From a phage: a stretch of 64,000 bases of DNA. Below the pieces are notes generated by a model. The model did no database searches. It saw nothing but the letters and a program-made list of their open reading frames with translations, and was not told the origin of the DNA. Within the stretch, counting starts at the first letter, position 1. Each line of letters begins with the position of its first letter. The position numbers and the translations under genes are program-made. The stretch lies in NCBI GenBank assembly GCA_025677605.1, contig GCA_025677605.1_4110.1, one strand, 5' to 3'. Of the stretch, positions 1-11,216 are shown in pieces.

Positions 1-40
1 ATATGGTTATAACATCGAACTAGGTAATTATAATTACTAT

Positions 41-3000
41 ATGTACGAAAACTTCCTACAAAGTGTTCGTTATACATATGATCATTTGGGTGTTGAAACT
101 GAAATTTCTGGATTGTACTACTATAACGTAGTTGGTAAAGATAATGAACTACACCTTAAGACCGATTGGGTTCGTTCTAAGGAAGATTCAAAGCAATTCG
201 TTAAACAAACGCCACAAATCGAACACACTGATATGTATCGTGTATTCAATACCGTATTCGAAATGGAAAACTTTAAAAATCCATTAGAAGGTATGTATGC
301 ATATGTTACTGAAGTGGATCGTACCTATCAATATTACAAAGAAGAACGTCAAACCTATATGGATTGGCATGTAATTAGTGGTGAAGGTATTCAAAGTGAA
401 CGTTTCAATCGCACATTTGAATTAGCCCAGAAAATTATTGATGGTAAGAGTACTGAAATCATTGAAATTCAAGTTGATGGTGTGGATGTAACCGATTATA
501 CACGTCATGTATATAATAACAAGGTTCAAAGCATCACTTTAGGTGAAGATGTAGCTCTTAAAGATGAATCAGTGATTCAAATTAGAACATACAGCAGTAC
601 TGAAGTACCAAATAAAGAGTTGGGTGCATATGAAATCCCAATCAACTTACAAAATAACCCATACAACGATAATATTCTTTATATCAACCAAAGTAATTTT
701 ACATTACATTTTAAAGATATCATTCAAAAGAATATCACCAGTGGTTCCGTTGATGATTTCAACGACTACGAAGATCGTTTGTCTAAAGGTTTAGTGGATA
801 ACTCCGTTGGTACTAAGATTATTCAAAACGAAGCATCAATGCTACCGTTAATGGCACATTCTGCAAATGAAGATATTGACCTATTTGAATCTGTATTGTT
901 TATGCAATCCGAATATTTCCGTTTCGTAAACAAGTTCAATACACAAATGATCCGTTTGTACAATGAGAACCCAGCAAACTTCTTAGCTAATAATGCTTCT
1001 AATATTGTTGATGAAATTCTAACAATTATTAATATGGGTCATGATAATACTTTCCCATTCTATTATGATAACGTAGCAAGTACTTCTGGCTTCATTCGTG
1101 CGTTTGTACCACCAACTCCACAGTTTTTGGGTATTTTGAAAGCACACGTTCCAGAAAAAGCAACATTTTTGAATGCTGGTAGTAAGCAAAGCTGTTATAA
1201 CATCAGTCATACAGGTGCAATCACTAAAGCATACCGTGTAATAAACGGTGTTGATAAAATGGATGACGTTATATATGAGTTAGAAAATAGAATTTTCAAT
1301 AGTATTGATGTTATTTTCAAAGATGAAGATTACCAACCTAAGCTAGATGCTTCTGATCTTTTCCCAACTCCGTATTACAGAGATACAGAGTATAATGACG
1401 AAGAGAAAAAGAACTTACTACTACGTGGTTATATTAATTTCATCGCAACCAATGGTATCAGTAACAGTTCACATGATTATGATCCAAATAACTGGATGAC
1501 TTGGAACTATACTGGAACACATTATATGGTTAATGGTCAACAAACACAAATAGCAGCCCGTGGTTCATGGCGAGCAATCTACACTGACCAATTTGGTACA
1601 TATCGCCCAGCAACCCATCCGTGGGAAATGTTTGGTTTCTCCCAACGTCCAGTTTGGTGGAACCAGGAATATGAACCTACCGCAGTTCAAGTTGGCGAAC
1701 GTGATGGTGATGTTGTTTATGTATATGAGGCATTAGTTATCAACGAACAAGGTAACATGGTTCCTAGTGGGTTATGGGACGTTGGTAACGAGAAAGGTGA
1801 TAGCTCAACGGGTACTATCTTGTTTGGTGCACGTAAAGGTCAATATGACAAGTACAAACGTTTTGGTACACAACCATTTAAGATCACTAAAACAGGCAAG
1901 CAGACAGCATCTGGTGTTGATATTTGCGTCATTGAGTACATTGCTCCTGAAGTTTTAGGTCTTGTATATGGTAGTCTAAATCATCGTGCTGAACCGTGGA
2001 CTTATGGTGATATGGGTGATATGGAATTCACTTATATGAACACAGCAATGTTTGCATATGATGAATTATTGATGTTATTCAAAGCTAAACCTGCACAGTT
2101 CACAAACTATTTCTGGGATACCCGAAATAATACATTAAAAACTGTATCTGGTAATGAACCACAGTTTTTATATGGTGATACTCGTTTACGTTTGAACTTT
2201 AATAGTGATACAATCGTACATGGTGAGAATAGTACTCGCGTTATTGGTTATCAAATGATTGTTAGTGATTATTTGATGTATCAAAACAAAAATATTACAA
2301 CTAAGTACGGTGAAATTGTTCGTTCTTCTCATATTAATGTGGGTCATAAACTAGGTGGATTCACTAAAGCTGACCAATTAACATTTACATCAGAAGCAAC
2401 TGGTCTAATTTCACAAGAAAACCAATCTATCGGTTTAGTTCGTTCTAATAATATTAGAAATGAGCAAATGAGTGCAATTAAAATTACTTGGACTGGTAGT
2501 GCTTACCAAATTGATGGTTATGATTTAGTTTCTGCAACATTCAATTATAAATTGCCTGTTAAAAACGGTCATAAAGTATCTTTGAAAGTTGATAATCGTA
2601 ATGTTGTTCATTATAATGAGTGGAAAAATGATGCATCCATTCCTTACGGAACTTTGATGAATACCTTCCAGGAAGTTTACACATTTATTTGTGGTTATGG
2701 TGAGTATCTAAAGCAACATGGTTGGATTTTTGAAGAAGTTGATGAATCTGGTATCCAACAGGACTGGAATACAATTGCAAAAGACTTTTTAATCTGGAGT
2801 CAACAACAATTGAGTACTGGTGAATTCATTTCTTGTACCCCATCAGCAATTAATGCTAAATTTGGTACAGATTTTGGTTCAGTTCAGTCAATTGCACAAA
2901 ATAGTGGTGGTGTTTGGTCATTATTAGATGATTCAAACCAAGGTATACGTCAATTTGAGATTGAAACATCTCGTATTGGTAACATATTCACGGTAAGAAC

Positions 3001-6000
3001 TACTGAAGAATCAAATAAACGCATGGCACTTATTCGTTTAAGTATCAGTTCTTATGAACATGCTGTTATTTTTGATGATCAGACTATTTTCGGTGATTAT
3101 ATCTATGAACCAACCTATGGTGCAGTTCAAGAATTGATTAAATTGTATGGATATATCACTGGTTCATGGTCTGGACGTTTACAAGCTCCTGGATTTATCA
3201 TCCTAGAAGCTGGGACATTACCATCATTTGAAACTTTGGTGTCTAATTTCCAACATTATTATGATAATGAAACCCCAGTTAGTGATGTTCAATTAAATGA
3301 ACTTTCAAACCACTTAATTGGCTATCAGTCTCGTGATTACTTACAACGTATGATCACTAATGAGCCTGGTCGAATTGATTTCTATAAAGGTTTTATTCAT
3401 GATAAAGGCACTAACCAAGTACTAGAAAAAGTATTACGTGTATCTAAATCATATAATACTGATGAGTATAAAGCATTACAAGAATGGGCATTCCGTGTTG
3501 GTTCTTATGGTAACATTGATGGTGTTAAAAATCTTCAATTTAAACTAATTAATAATGAGTTTAAACAACAACCACAAATGATTACGTTCGACCGTTATTC
3601 CGATAAGGTTGAATCTGAGAATGAAATTGTATATTATGGTGAAATTGGTGAAGATTCACGCTGGATTAGTCGTCCAAAAGGTAAATTCTCATTCCCTATG
3701 CGTAATGGGAGAAGTGAGAATATCCAATTACCTAATATTGGACCAGTAACCCTAGATGAAATTGATTATACCACATTAAATTACGAAACTGCAAATCAAG
3801 ACCGCATTAGTTATATGAATAATTCTGGTAAAATCCCAACATCTGTTTGGATGTTCCAAGATATCAATAACGAATGGAATGTGTATGATTTAGTAGATAC
3901 TGGTATTACAATGGTTTCTATTACACCAATTGAAAGTGAAGATCCATATGCTGAGCAATATTGTAAAGTACTATTGTCTGATGATATCCCACTCAATGAT
4001 GGTGATTATTATTATTTTGTTGATGAAACAAACTTTATGCCTGATGCCCTACGTGATGAATGCCAATACTACACTTCTGGACTAGATCCAAAAGTTATGG
4101 TAGTGCCATTTGACACTTCCATTACTATTGACTTTTCAACAGTAGAATCAGCACCACGTTTGTATCGTTATGTTAGTAGATTTAGTACTCAACAAGAACG
4201 CGATGAATATATTGCTAAAAAATATAGTTACAGTGCACCTGAAAGCACTTTGTTTGACCGTCCTACTACGTATGATGAAAGAACAAACATTACTGCATTG
4301 TATTTGAATGTGTTTGACCCAATTAACGGTGTTATTCCTGGGGTTGCAATGCAAGATGTTGATTTCATCTCTCCAGTGGACCCAGCACAGTATAGCAGTA
4401 ACGGTGAACTATTACAAGCATGGGGTGCTGAAAAGGTAGGTAAAGTGTGGTGGAACACTAGCACTGCATTCTATCTGGATTATACCCGTCCAATCTTTGA
4501 TGAGGATGGTAACGTTGATGTAAAAGCAACTAATGAATATAAGCGTTATAATTGGGGTAAATTATTACCACACAGTGTTATTGATGTTCTAGAATGGGTT
4601 AGTTCACCAGTAGAACCATACAACTGGGAAAAATATTGTGCAGAACAAGCCAATAAAAATAAAAACAATACTATGTATCTCCCAAGTGGGATTGCAATGG
4701 ATGAGAACTACAGTTCATCTATGGAATATGATCCAATCACTGATACATATGTAGTTCGTTATTATTTCTGGGTTCGTAATACCATTTATGTTCCACCAAT
4801 GACTACTCGTAGTAAGTCTTGTACTGATATTGCACGTATTATTCAAGATCCAACACAATTGAATGTTCCTTGGTTTGCACCTATTAATGAAAATAGTTTC
4901 ATTCTAAGTAATATGCAATTTGAAGTTAATGATGATACAAGCATTTTGACAATTTCATATAGAAATGACAATATCGAAGTACTGAAGCATGATCAATATC
5001 AACTTTGTAAAGAAGGTGATAGTTATGACTTTAACCCAGATATTTGGAATTCACTATGGAACTCACTAATTGGTCAAGAAACTACTTCAACTGGTGTTGT
5101 AAATGAAATAATTTATCCTAAAGTTGAAACTGGTTTAGGTTCTAATAAAACTTGGTTCCAGAATGTCATTGAAGCTCGTCGTGCGTTTGTTGAAAGTGCA
5201 AATAACTTTTACCGTTCACAGAACATCACAACTAACAGTGTTGTTATGAATGATGTGTTTAATGTGAAAACATTAAAAATGAACCCAAATGATATTACAT
5301 TCCGTGTTCTATCATTTAACAATGAATTGGTAATTGCACCAGAAGATAACCGCTTTAAAGAGAATGATGCAGTATTTGTAAGTTCCATCGGAACTCTACC
5401 AGCACCATTATCTTCTAGTTCAGTATATTTTGTTCACATTGATCCAAATGGATACATTCAATTGATGAACAGCCCAAGTACAGTTGGTAGTACTGTTACA
5501 ATCACTCTAGAAAATAGAGGTGAAGGTCAACACAAGATGATTAAACAAGCTGACTTCATAGAATCACTTGGTACATCTTTGGATATGACCCAGTACTGGA
5601 ATCTGGCTGATTGGTACGATACTGGATACGATAGCAACACTGAATATACACAAGAAGTTAGTTTAGATGACGCAAACACTAAAAATTACCAAATTGGTGA
5701 TATTATCCGTGTAACTGATAGTGATGGTGTTTGGACATTATACATCAAGACTGCATCTCGTAATAATATATACTGGAAAGCTATTGGACGTGAGAATAGT
5801 ACAGTTGAATTGAATTCAATGTTATATTCTGGGTACAATGTTTACAATGATGATGGTTCTTTGAATTCTCATGAGGTTAACGTTCGTAATGCGTTAGCGT
5901 TGTTGAAAAATTCATTCAACTTATATCAAAGTAATATTGTTTTTGATATGGTTAAGTACGTACACACTGAACAAAGTGTTGTTGACTGGGTATTCAAAAC

Positions 6001-8800
6001 CTCATATATCTATATTGTAGGTTTAGAACAATCTCTCGTACAAAACTACTCAAATGACAACTTGATTAATCAAATTGTTGAGTACTTCGAAGAAGTTAAA
6101 CCATACAGAACCAAAATCCGTTCTCAAATAGAACAGAAAACTTCTGATGATGATTTGATTAATGGTATCAGTAATGACCTTGACCCAGATGGCTATATTT
6201 TAGTTGATGGTGTGTGGGTTAAGACTGAAAAAGACATTTGGGATTTAGAATATGCACAATTTAATGACGTAACCCAACGTTGGGAAAAGATTGGTTCACT
6301 ACCAAGTGACTTTATCACACCTAACAGACGATTCCAAGAAATCGACGTTATTATGCATTATGATAATATTCAATGTGACCCGTATGATAGTAATTATACA
6401 ATTGATGAGTTGAAATCAACCAATAGTAAGTATCAATCTAATGCTTCGGATATAGGAAATGATTATGAGTTACAGAGATATGTTTATACATTCCCTGAAT
6501 ATGATAATAATACCTTAATTTCACAGATTGGTATTGAAATGACTACCAAATATTCAGATTTGGATATTAGTAATGGTGTCATTAAAGGAATTGATGCATG
6601 GTATAAAGCCCATTCAACTGATATTGCAATGACTGACCAATTTACTGCTGATTTGGAGCAGGTAACTGCTGATACAAACAACAGTAACATTTTAGAAGAC
6701 GTTAAGAAATATATTCAATACAATACATTGGCAACTCGTGTGAAAATGTTTAAGAATATATCTGATGACATGGTTTCTAATGAGATTGGTTGTCCATTTA
6801 AGGGTACGAACTATAATGATAATCCTAATACTCGCCTACCTTTTGGGTTCAGTGCAAGTAGTGATTACAACTATGGTTATTTTGAGATTAGTATTGAACT
6901 ATATGAAAAATATGTCGATATGATCAAGAAAAATCACCCTGAGTTTACTAATGAAGACCAAGTTCGTAATATACTAGAGATAGAATATGGTGTTTATTGC
7001 TACAAGTATGATACCACATTAAATGACCGTTATTATTCTGATACCGTTCATGTGTTATCTGCAATGCGACAAACATTTAATAAGAATATTCTAGATCATT
7101 ATTATGTTGCTAGAGAAATCTTAAGTAATCGTGCAGTTGATAAGTATGCTTTTGTTATGATGCCAAGGAAATATGTGTATGTTGTGAATGCGGCAGGTGA
7201 ATATCTACCGATTCCTGAAAGTTACAGCATATCTGATTTCATGGAAGACTTATTCATAACAACCGGAGAATCAGTTGTATTGGCTGAAATTGATTTAAAT
7301 GATTTACCACAAGACCAGAATAATCCAATGTATTCTGCATATGTTGAAGTACTGGAAAGTATCAATACTGCAAAATATTTCAATGATATGAATGCATTCG
7401 ATAACTTGGCATTGGAATCACAAACCAAATCCATTAAATGGGAAGTTAAAGATAGTGAGATTGATCCTTATATCATCGACATTTCTGAACTAAACCCATC
7501 AGGAAGAACAATGGCACAATTACGTTTCACTGTTGATGGTTACGGTTTCGATGAAGTTGCTCAAGAGCAATTAAAAGACACAAGTAGATTCCAGATTGAG
7601 GGTATGATCGTACAAAACCCTTACAATATGTCAGAAGCAGTTGTAAGTATTCCATCATATGATATTGTCATTGAGAATATGGGTAAAGATGTGTTCAAAG
7701 AATCTGAAAAATACTTCTTCCCAATTTCAGAAATTAAAACAATTACTGAAATCAAAGTTCACGATGAAGGTTTGAAAGATGGTGATAAGGTTATGATTTT
7801 CACGCCAGATGGTGAAGATTATGTACGATTCCAAGACGGTAACTGGGTAACTATATTAAGTGCTAGTAAAATCCAATCCTCTAAAAAACCAAAACTATAC
7901 ACAGTACGTGTATTGGGTAATGGTAACGTAGAGTTGGTTGATAGTAATGGTGTAGTGTTAATGTTTGATAGTATAACTAAGCGTGAAAGTAATGAGCGTT
8001 TTTATACATTATCAATGAACTTAGTTAGAATCCGCACTTTCCAAGACCCTGAGTTTGATGACAATGGACTTAAACTATATGAAAATAATCGTCATTACAG
8101 TATACATGCATTGAACTATGAAGTATTCTATGACGAAACATTATATGGTGGTAAATTCAATGATGGTATCACACCTGATGAAATTGATTTGTGGTTAGTT
8201 TCCAATGAGATTTTTGAAGTTGATGGTATTACAATTGATAATGGTTACAATCAGCCAATCTCTGGTAAAGGTGTCCTGGGTGAACTAGTACGAGCTAAAA
8301 TGACTGATGGTATTGAAATCACTGTATTTGAATACGATGTTGATGTTATTCAACCAGTACTAAGTTATGATCGCGTGTGGCAGTATGCACAACCTGTGGT
8401 CAATAACACGTTCATCAAAGAAGTAGGATGTAGTGTAATTAACATTACAACCGTTGAAGATGAGGCAATCACTTATGTTGCTAAACCTCGTTCAATAAGC
8501 CCATATATCATTACTGATTCAGTACTGTCAGGTGCTGCGGCACAGAATGATGATATTATTGTGGTTGGATATGAGAAGGTTCAGGTAAGAAACACTGACC
8601 GTCTATTACGTGGTGTCATGTATAGTGCGGAACATAATTTTACTAAAGGAACGTCTTATAGCTTTAATGGATTGAACTTGGGGAGCATTGATAAGTTTAC
8701 TCAATATCAAAACTTCTATCCACCAATTCCATTAGATACATTCAGAAATGGATTGTCAATTACTGGAACTGATATCGAAAATCTATTGAATATTCAATAA
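41..8800 (+). CDS. Giant protein (2919 aa), function unknown; possibly virion-associated
   Basis: Single uninterrupted 8.76-kb ORF; overlapping antisense ORFs are short. No catalytic motif recognised by eye. Followed by a bidirectional terminator. Confidence 0.85.
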   Translation: MYENFLQSVRYTYDHLGVETEISGLYYYNVVGKDNELHLKTDWVRSKEDSKQFVKQTPQIEHTDMYRVFNTVFEMENFKNPLEGMYAYVTEVDRTYQYYKEERQTYMDWHVISGEGIQSERFNRTFELAQKIIDGKSTEIIEIQVDGVDVTDYTRHVYNNKVQSITLGEDVALKDESVIQIRTYSSTEVPNKELGAYEIPINLQNNPYNDNILYINQSNFTLHFKDIIQKNITSGSVDDFNDYEDRLSKGLVDNSVGTKIIQNEASMLPLMAHSANEDIDLFESVLFMQSEYFRFVNKFNTQMIRLYNENPANFLANNASNIVDEILTIINMGHDNTFPFYYDNVASTSGFIRAFVPPTPQFLGILKAHVPEKATFLNAGSKQSCYNISHTGAITKAYRVINGVDKMDDVIYELENRIFNSIDVIFKDEDYQPKLDASDLFPTPYYRDTEYNDEEKKNLLLRGYINFIATNGISNSSHDYDPNNWMTWNYTGTHYMVNGQQTQIAARGSWRAIYTDQFGTYRPATHPWEMFGFSQRPVWWNQEYEPTAVQVGERDGDVVYVYEALVINEQGNMVPSGLWDVGNEKGDSSTGTILFGARKGQYDKYKRFGTQPFKITKTGKQTASGVDICVIEYIAPEVLGLVYGSLNHRAEPWTYGDMGDMEFTYMNTAMFAYDELLMLFKAKPAQFTNYFWDTRNNTLKTVSGNEPQFLYGDTRLRLNFNSDTIVHGENSTRVIGYQMIVSDYLMYQNKNITTKYGEIVRSSHINVGHKLGGFTKADQLTFTSEATGLISQENQSIGLVRSNNIRNEQMSAIKITWTGSAYQIDGYDLVSATFNYKLPVKNGHKVSLKVDNRNVVHYNEWKNDASIPYGTLMNTFQEVYTFICGYGEYLKQHGWIFEEVDESGIQQDWNTIAKDFLIWSQQQLSTGEFISCTPSAINAKFGTDFGSVQSIAQNSGGVWSLLDDSNQGIRQFEIETSRIGNIFTVRTTEESNKRMALIRLSISSYEHAVIFDDQTIFGDYIYEPTYGAVQELIKLYGYITGSWSGRLQAPGFIILEAGTLPSFETLVSNFQHYYDNETPVSDVQLNELSNHLIGYQSRDYLQRMITNEPGRIDFYKGFIHDKGTNQVLEKVLRVSKSYNTDEYKALQEWAFRVGSYGNIDGVKNLQFKLINNEFKQQPQMITFDRYSDKVESENEIVYYGEIGEDSRWISRPKGKFSFPMRNGRSENIQLPNIGPVTLDEIDYTTLNYETANQDRISYMNNSGKIPTSVWMFQDINNEWNVYDLVDTGITMVSITPIESEDPYAEQYCKVLLSDDIPLNDGDYYYFVDETNFMPDALRDECQYYTSGLDPKVMVVPFDTSITIDFSTVESAPRLYRYVSRFSTQQERDEYIAKKYSYSAPESTLFDRPTTYDERTNITALYLNVFDPINGVIPGVAMQDVDFISPVDPAQYSSNGELLQAWGAEKVGKVWWNTSTAFYLDYTRPIFDEDGNVDVKATNEYKRYNWGKLLPHSVIDVLEWVSSPVEPYNWEKYCAEQANKNKNNTMYLPSGIAMDENYSSSMEYDPITDTYVVRYYFWVRNTIYVPPMTTRSKSCTDIARIIQDPTQLNVPWFAPINENSFILSNMQFEVNDDTSILTISYRNDNIEVLKHDQYQLCKEGDSYDFNPDIWNSLWNSLIGQETTSTGVVNEIIYPKVETGLGSNKTWFQNVIEARRAFVESANNFYRSQNITTNSVVMNDVFNVKTLKMNPNDITFRVLSFNNELVIAPEDNRFKENDAVFVSSIGTLPAPLSSSSVYFVHIDPNGYIQLMNSPSTVGSTVTITLENRGEGQHKMIKQADFIESLGTSLDMTQYWNLADWYDTGYDSNTEYTQEVSLDDANTKNYQIGDIIRVTDSDGVWTLYIKTASRNNIYWKAIGRENSTVELNSMLYSGYNVYNDDGSLNSHEVNVRNALALLKNSFNLYQSNIVFDMVKYVHTEQSVVDWVFKTSYIYIVGLEQSLVQNYSNDNLINQIVEYFEEVKPYRTKIRSQIEQKTSDDDLINGISNDLDPDGYILVDGVWVKTEKDIWDLEYAQFNDVTQRWEKIGSLPSDFITPNRRFQEIDVIMHYDNIQCDPYDSNYTIDELKSTNSKYQSNASDIGNDYELQRYVYTFPEYDNNTLISQIGIEMTTKYSDLDISNGVIKGIDAWYKAHSTDIAMTDQFTADLEQVTADTNNSNILEDVKKYIQYNTLATRVKMFKNISDDMVSNEIGCPFKGTNYNDNPNTRLPFGFSASSDYNYGYFEISIELYEKYVDMIKKNHPEFTNEDQVRNILEIEYGVYCYKYDTTLNDRYYSDTVHVLSAMRQTFNKNILDHYYVAREILSNRAVDKYAFVMMPRKYVYVVNAAGEYLPIPESYSISDFMEDLFITTGESVVLAEIDLNDLPQDQNNPMYSAYVEVLESINTAKYFNDMNAFDNLALESQTKSIKWEVKDSEIDPYIIDISELNPSGRTMAQLRFTVDGYGFDEVAQEQLKDTSRFQIEGMIVQNPYNMSEAVVSIPSYDIVIENMGKDVFKESEKYFFPISEIKTITEIKVHDEGLKDGDKVMIFTPDGEDYVRFQDGNWVTILSASKIQSSKKPKLYTVRVLGNGNVELVDSNGVVLMFDSITKRESNERFYTLSMNLVRIRTFQDPEFDDNGLKLYENNRHYSIHALNYEVFYDETLYGGKFNDGITPDEIDLWLVSNEIFEVDGITIDNGYNQPISGKGVLGELVRAKMTDGIEITVFEYDVDVIQPVLSYDRVWQYAQPVVNNTFIKEVGCSVINITTVEDEAITYVAKPRSISPYIITDSVLSGAAAQNDDIIVVGYEKVQVRNTDRLLRGVMYSAEHNFTKGTSYSFNGLNLGSIDKFTQYQNFYPPIPLDTFRNGLSITGTDIENLLNIQ

Positions 8801-8801
8801 C

Positions 8802-8833
8802 AAAAAAGGAGAGCCAATGGCTCTCCTTTTCTT
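8802..8833. terminator. Bidirectional intrinsic terminator between convergent genes
   Basis: A-run, then perfect hairpin GGAGAGCC-AAT-GGCTCTCC (about 8808-8826), then T-run; reads as hairpin plus U-tract on both strands. Confidence 0.8.
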
Positions 8834-8834
8834 T

Positions 8835-11120
8835 TTACACTACAGATGGGGTTTTAACTTGACGTTTTGGTTTGATACCCAACTTTCCGTTAATCACATC
8901 AAATGTTACGTTACCACCATTTACCAGTGAACCGCATAGCATTTCTTTAGCCAGAGGAACACGGATGTTCTGCTCGATTGTACGTTTCATTGGACGTGCA
9001 CCCATTCCAGGCTGAACACCATTTGCTTCTAACCATTCACGAGCCGCTTTAGTCAGTGTTACTTTCACGCCACGCTCTTTGATTTGCTCATTTAGACCAG
9101 CCATGAACTTATCAATAACGCTCTGGATAGCTTCACTGGATAGCTCATTAAACTTCACGATGCTATCGATACGGTTTAGGAATTCAGGTGGTAGGAAAGC
9201 TTTCACTGCCTTCTCCTGTGCTGTTTCACCACCACTCAAACCCAGACTACGTTTATTTGCATCTGCTGCACCCAAGTTGGTTGTCATAATAACTGTTACG
9301 TTGTTAAAGTATACAGTTTTACCCTGTGAACCAGTTAGGTGACCTTCATCCAGAACCTGTAGGAAGGTTAGCAGTACTTTAGGGTGTGCTTTTTCAATTT
9401 CGTCCAGCAGTAGAACTGCATTCGGGAATTGCTCAATTTTGTCGAGTAGCAGACCATTACCAGTATCGTGACCAACATAGCCAGGAGGTGAACCAATTAG
9501 TTTTGCAACGGTATGTTCTTGTGAAAATTCAGACATATCGAAGCGAATCAGTTCAGAACCCATTGCATCGGCTAGTGCTTTAGTGATTTCAGTTTTACCA
9601 GTACCAGACGGACCGACAAACATGAATGCACCCTGAACACTTGCTTTCTCACGAAGTCCTGCACGTGCAACCATTACGTTATCAACCAATTTCTCCACTG
9701 CTTCTTCTTGACCGAATACACGACTACGAAGTGCTGCTGGTAGTGACTTCATACGTTCAGTTTCAGTACAAGCTACTACGTTGATATCCAAGTTTGCAAT
9801 TCCCGCAACAACTTCTTGAATTGTGCGTAGTGAAATCACATTATCAGATTCATCGCGTGAACGTTTCTTAGCTGCTGCTGCATCCATAATGTCGATTGCT
9901 TTGTCTGGGAAGTGTTTGTTCTTCAGGAACTTATCACTCAAAGACACAATCGCATCCATTGCTTCAGTACTGAAAGTTACGTTATGGAATTTCTCATATG
10001 TACCTTGCAGACCATTTACAATCGCACGAGTTTCTTCAATAGTTGGCTCAACTACGTCAATTTTCATGAAACGACGAGTCAATGCACTATCTTTCTCGAT
10101 GTTTTTACGATATTCATCATAAGTAGTTGCACCGATTACACGAATCTCACCACGAGATAGTGCTGGTTTCAACATGTTACTCATATCCATTGAACCGTTG
10201 CTTGCAGAACCTGCACCTACCATGATATGGATTTCGTCAATGAACACGATTGTATTTTCACGTTTCTTCAGTTCTTTGAGAAGATTATCAATACGTTCTT
10301 CGAATTCACCACGATACTTAGTACCAGCGGTTAGTGCACCAACGTTAAGAGATAAAATCTCAATGTTTTGTAGATGTTCTGGTACATTACCATCAACAAT
10401 GGCTTGTGCTAGACCGTCAACAATCTGAGTTTTACCAACACCAGCTTCACCAGTAAGAATAGCATTCTTCTTAGTTTTACGAGCCAGAGTTTCAATTAGT
10501 GCATCCAGTTCTTTTTGACGACCAATCATTGGGTCCAGTTTACCATCTTTAGCCAACTGTGTTAGGTTGGTCGTGTAATCTTCGATTGATTTCTGTTTTG
10601 ATGCAGGTTGTTGTTGAGCCACCTTTTTCTCCCCAGTAGGTTCATCAGCGATGCTTTGTAGGTTAATTTCAGAATCAAGAGATTCTACATATTTCTGAAG
10701 AGTGCGGGCCGCTTCAGTACGAGTTACACCCTCTTCCAACAATGCTGCTTCTAATGCAGTGTTTGGGAATGACAAACATTCAAACAGTACAAAGAATGCA
10801 TCAATTGAGAAATCGTCACGTTTGAGTTGTTCGATGACAGATTTCTTAGATAGTTCTTGCATTACACGATTGACGATTAGTGTAGTGCGATTAACTTCTT
10901 CCCCCATAGTGCTGCGTGGTGCGTGTGGAACATTGGTATTTTTCAGATATTCAATCAAGCGGTCACGCACTTTCGTTGCGTCAACGTTCATTGTACCAAA
11001 TACATCAATAATGCTATCCACTGTCAGTACTGTAGCACTGATGTGATCGATTGTCAAGAAAGTATGACCCATAGAGGTTGCAAGGTCGTCGCTGCTTTTG
11101 AATAGCTGTGTTAAATTCAT
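8835..11120 (-). CDS. ClpA/ClpB-family double-AAA+ unfoldase
   Basis: N-terminal Clp_N-like repeats; D1 Walker A GEAGVGKT and Walker B FIDEIH; D2 Walker A GPSGTGKT with LLLDEIEKAHP; SLGL loop at the position of the ClpA IGL ClpP-docking tripeptide. Confidence 0.9.
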   Translation of the reverse strand: MNLTQLFKSSDDLATSMGHTFLTIDHISATVLTVDSIIDVFGTMNVDATKVRDRLIEYLKNTNVPHAPRSTMGEEVNRTTLIVNRVMQELSKKSVIEQLKRDDFSIDAFFVLFECLSFPNTALEAALLEEGVTRTEAARTLQKYVESLDSEINLQSIADEPTGEKKVAQQQPASKQKSIEDYTTNLTQLAKDGKLDPMIGRQKELDALIETLARKTKKNAILTGEAGVGKTQIVDGLAQAIVDGNVPEHLQNIEILSLNVGALTAGTKYRGEFEERIDNLLKELKKRENTIVFIDEIHIMVGAGSASNGSMDMSNMLKPALSRGEIRVIGATTYDEYRKNIEKDSALTRRFMKIDVVEPTIEETRAIVNGLQGTYEKFHNVTFSTEAMDAIVSLSDKFLKNKHFPDKAIDIMDAAAAKKRSRDESDNVISLRTIQEVVAGIANLDINVVACTETERMKSLPAALRSRVFGQEEAVEKLVDNVMVARAGLREKASVQGAFMFVGPSGTGKTEITKALADAMGSELIRFDMSEFSQEHTVAKLIGSPPGYVGHDTGNGLLLDKIEQFPNAVLLLDEIEKAHPKVLLTFLQVLDEGHLTGSQGKTVYFNNVTVIMTTNLGAADANKRSLGLSGGETAQEKAVKAFLPPEFLNRIDSIVKFNELSSEAIQSVIDKFMAGLNEQIKERGVKVTLTKAAREWLEANGVQPGMGARPMKRTIEQNIRVPLAKEMLCGSLVNGGNVTFDVINGKLGIKPKRQVKTPSVV

Positions 11121-11159
11121 GTTCTCTCCTATGTGATTCTTCTCACTGTCATTAAAATC

Positions 11160-11187
11160 ATTATATCACATTCTTTCAGTTTGTCTA
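11160..11187 (-). promoter_or_regulatory. Sigma70-type promoter (extended -10 TGaTATAAT, -35 TAGACA, 16-nt spacer) upstream of the ClpA-like gene
   Basis: Minus strand reads TAGACA-16nt-TATAAT with TG upstream of the -10; about 35 nt upstream of the start codon at 11120. Confidence 0.6.
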
Positions 11188-11216
11188 CCTAGTAAATACA
11201 GATATACCGATTTATT

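Noticed and set aside
9079-11105. Plus-strand ORFs of 60-114 aa overlapping the ClpA-like gene
   Set aside because: Antisense to a gene with unambiguous Walker motifs; short, no RBS, low-complexity products.
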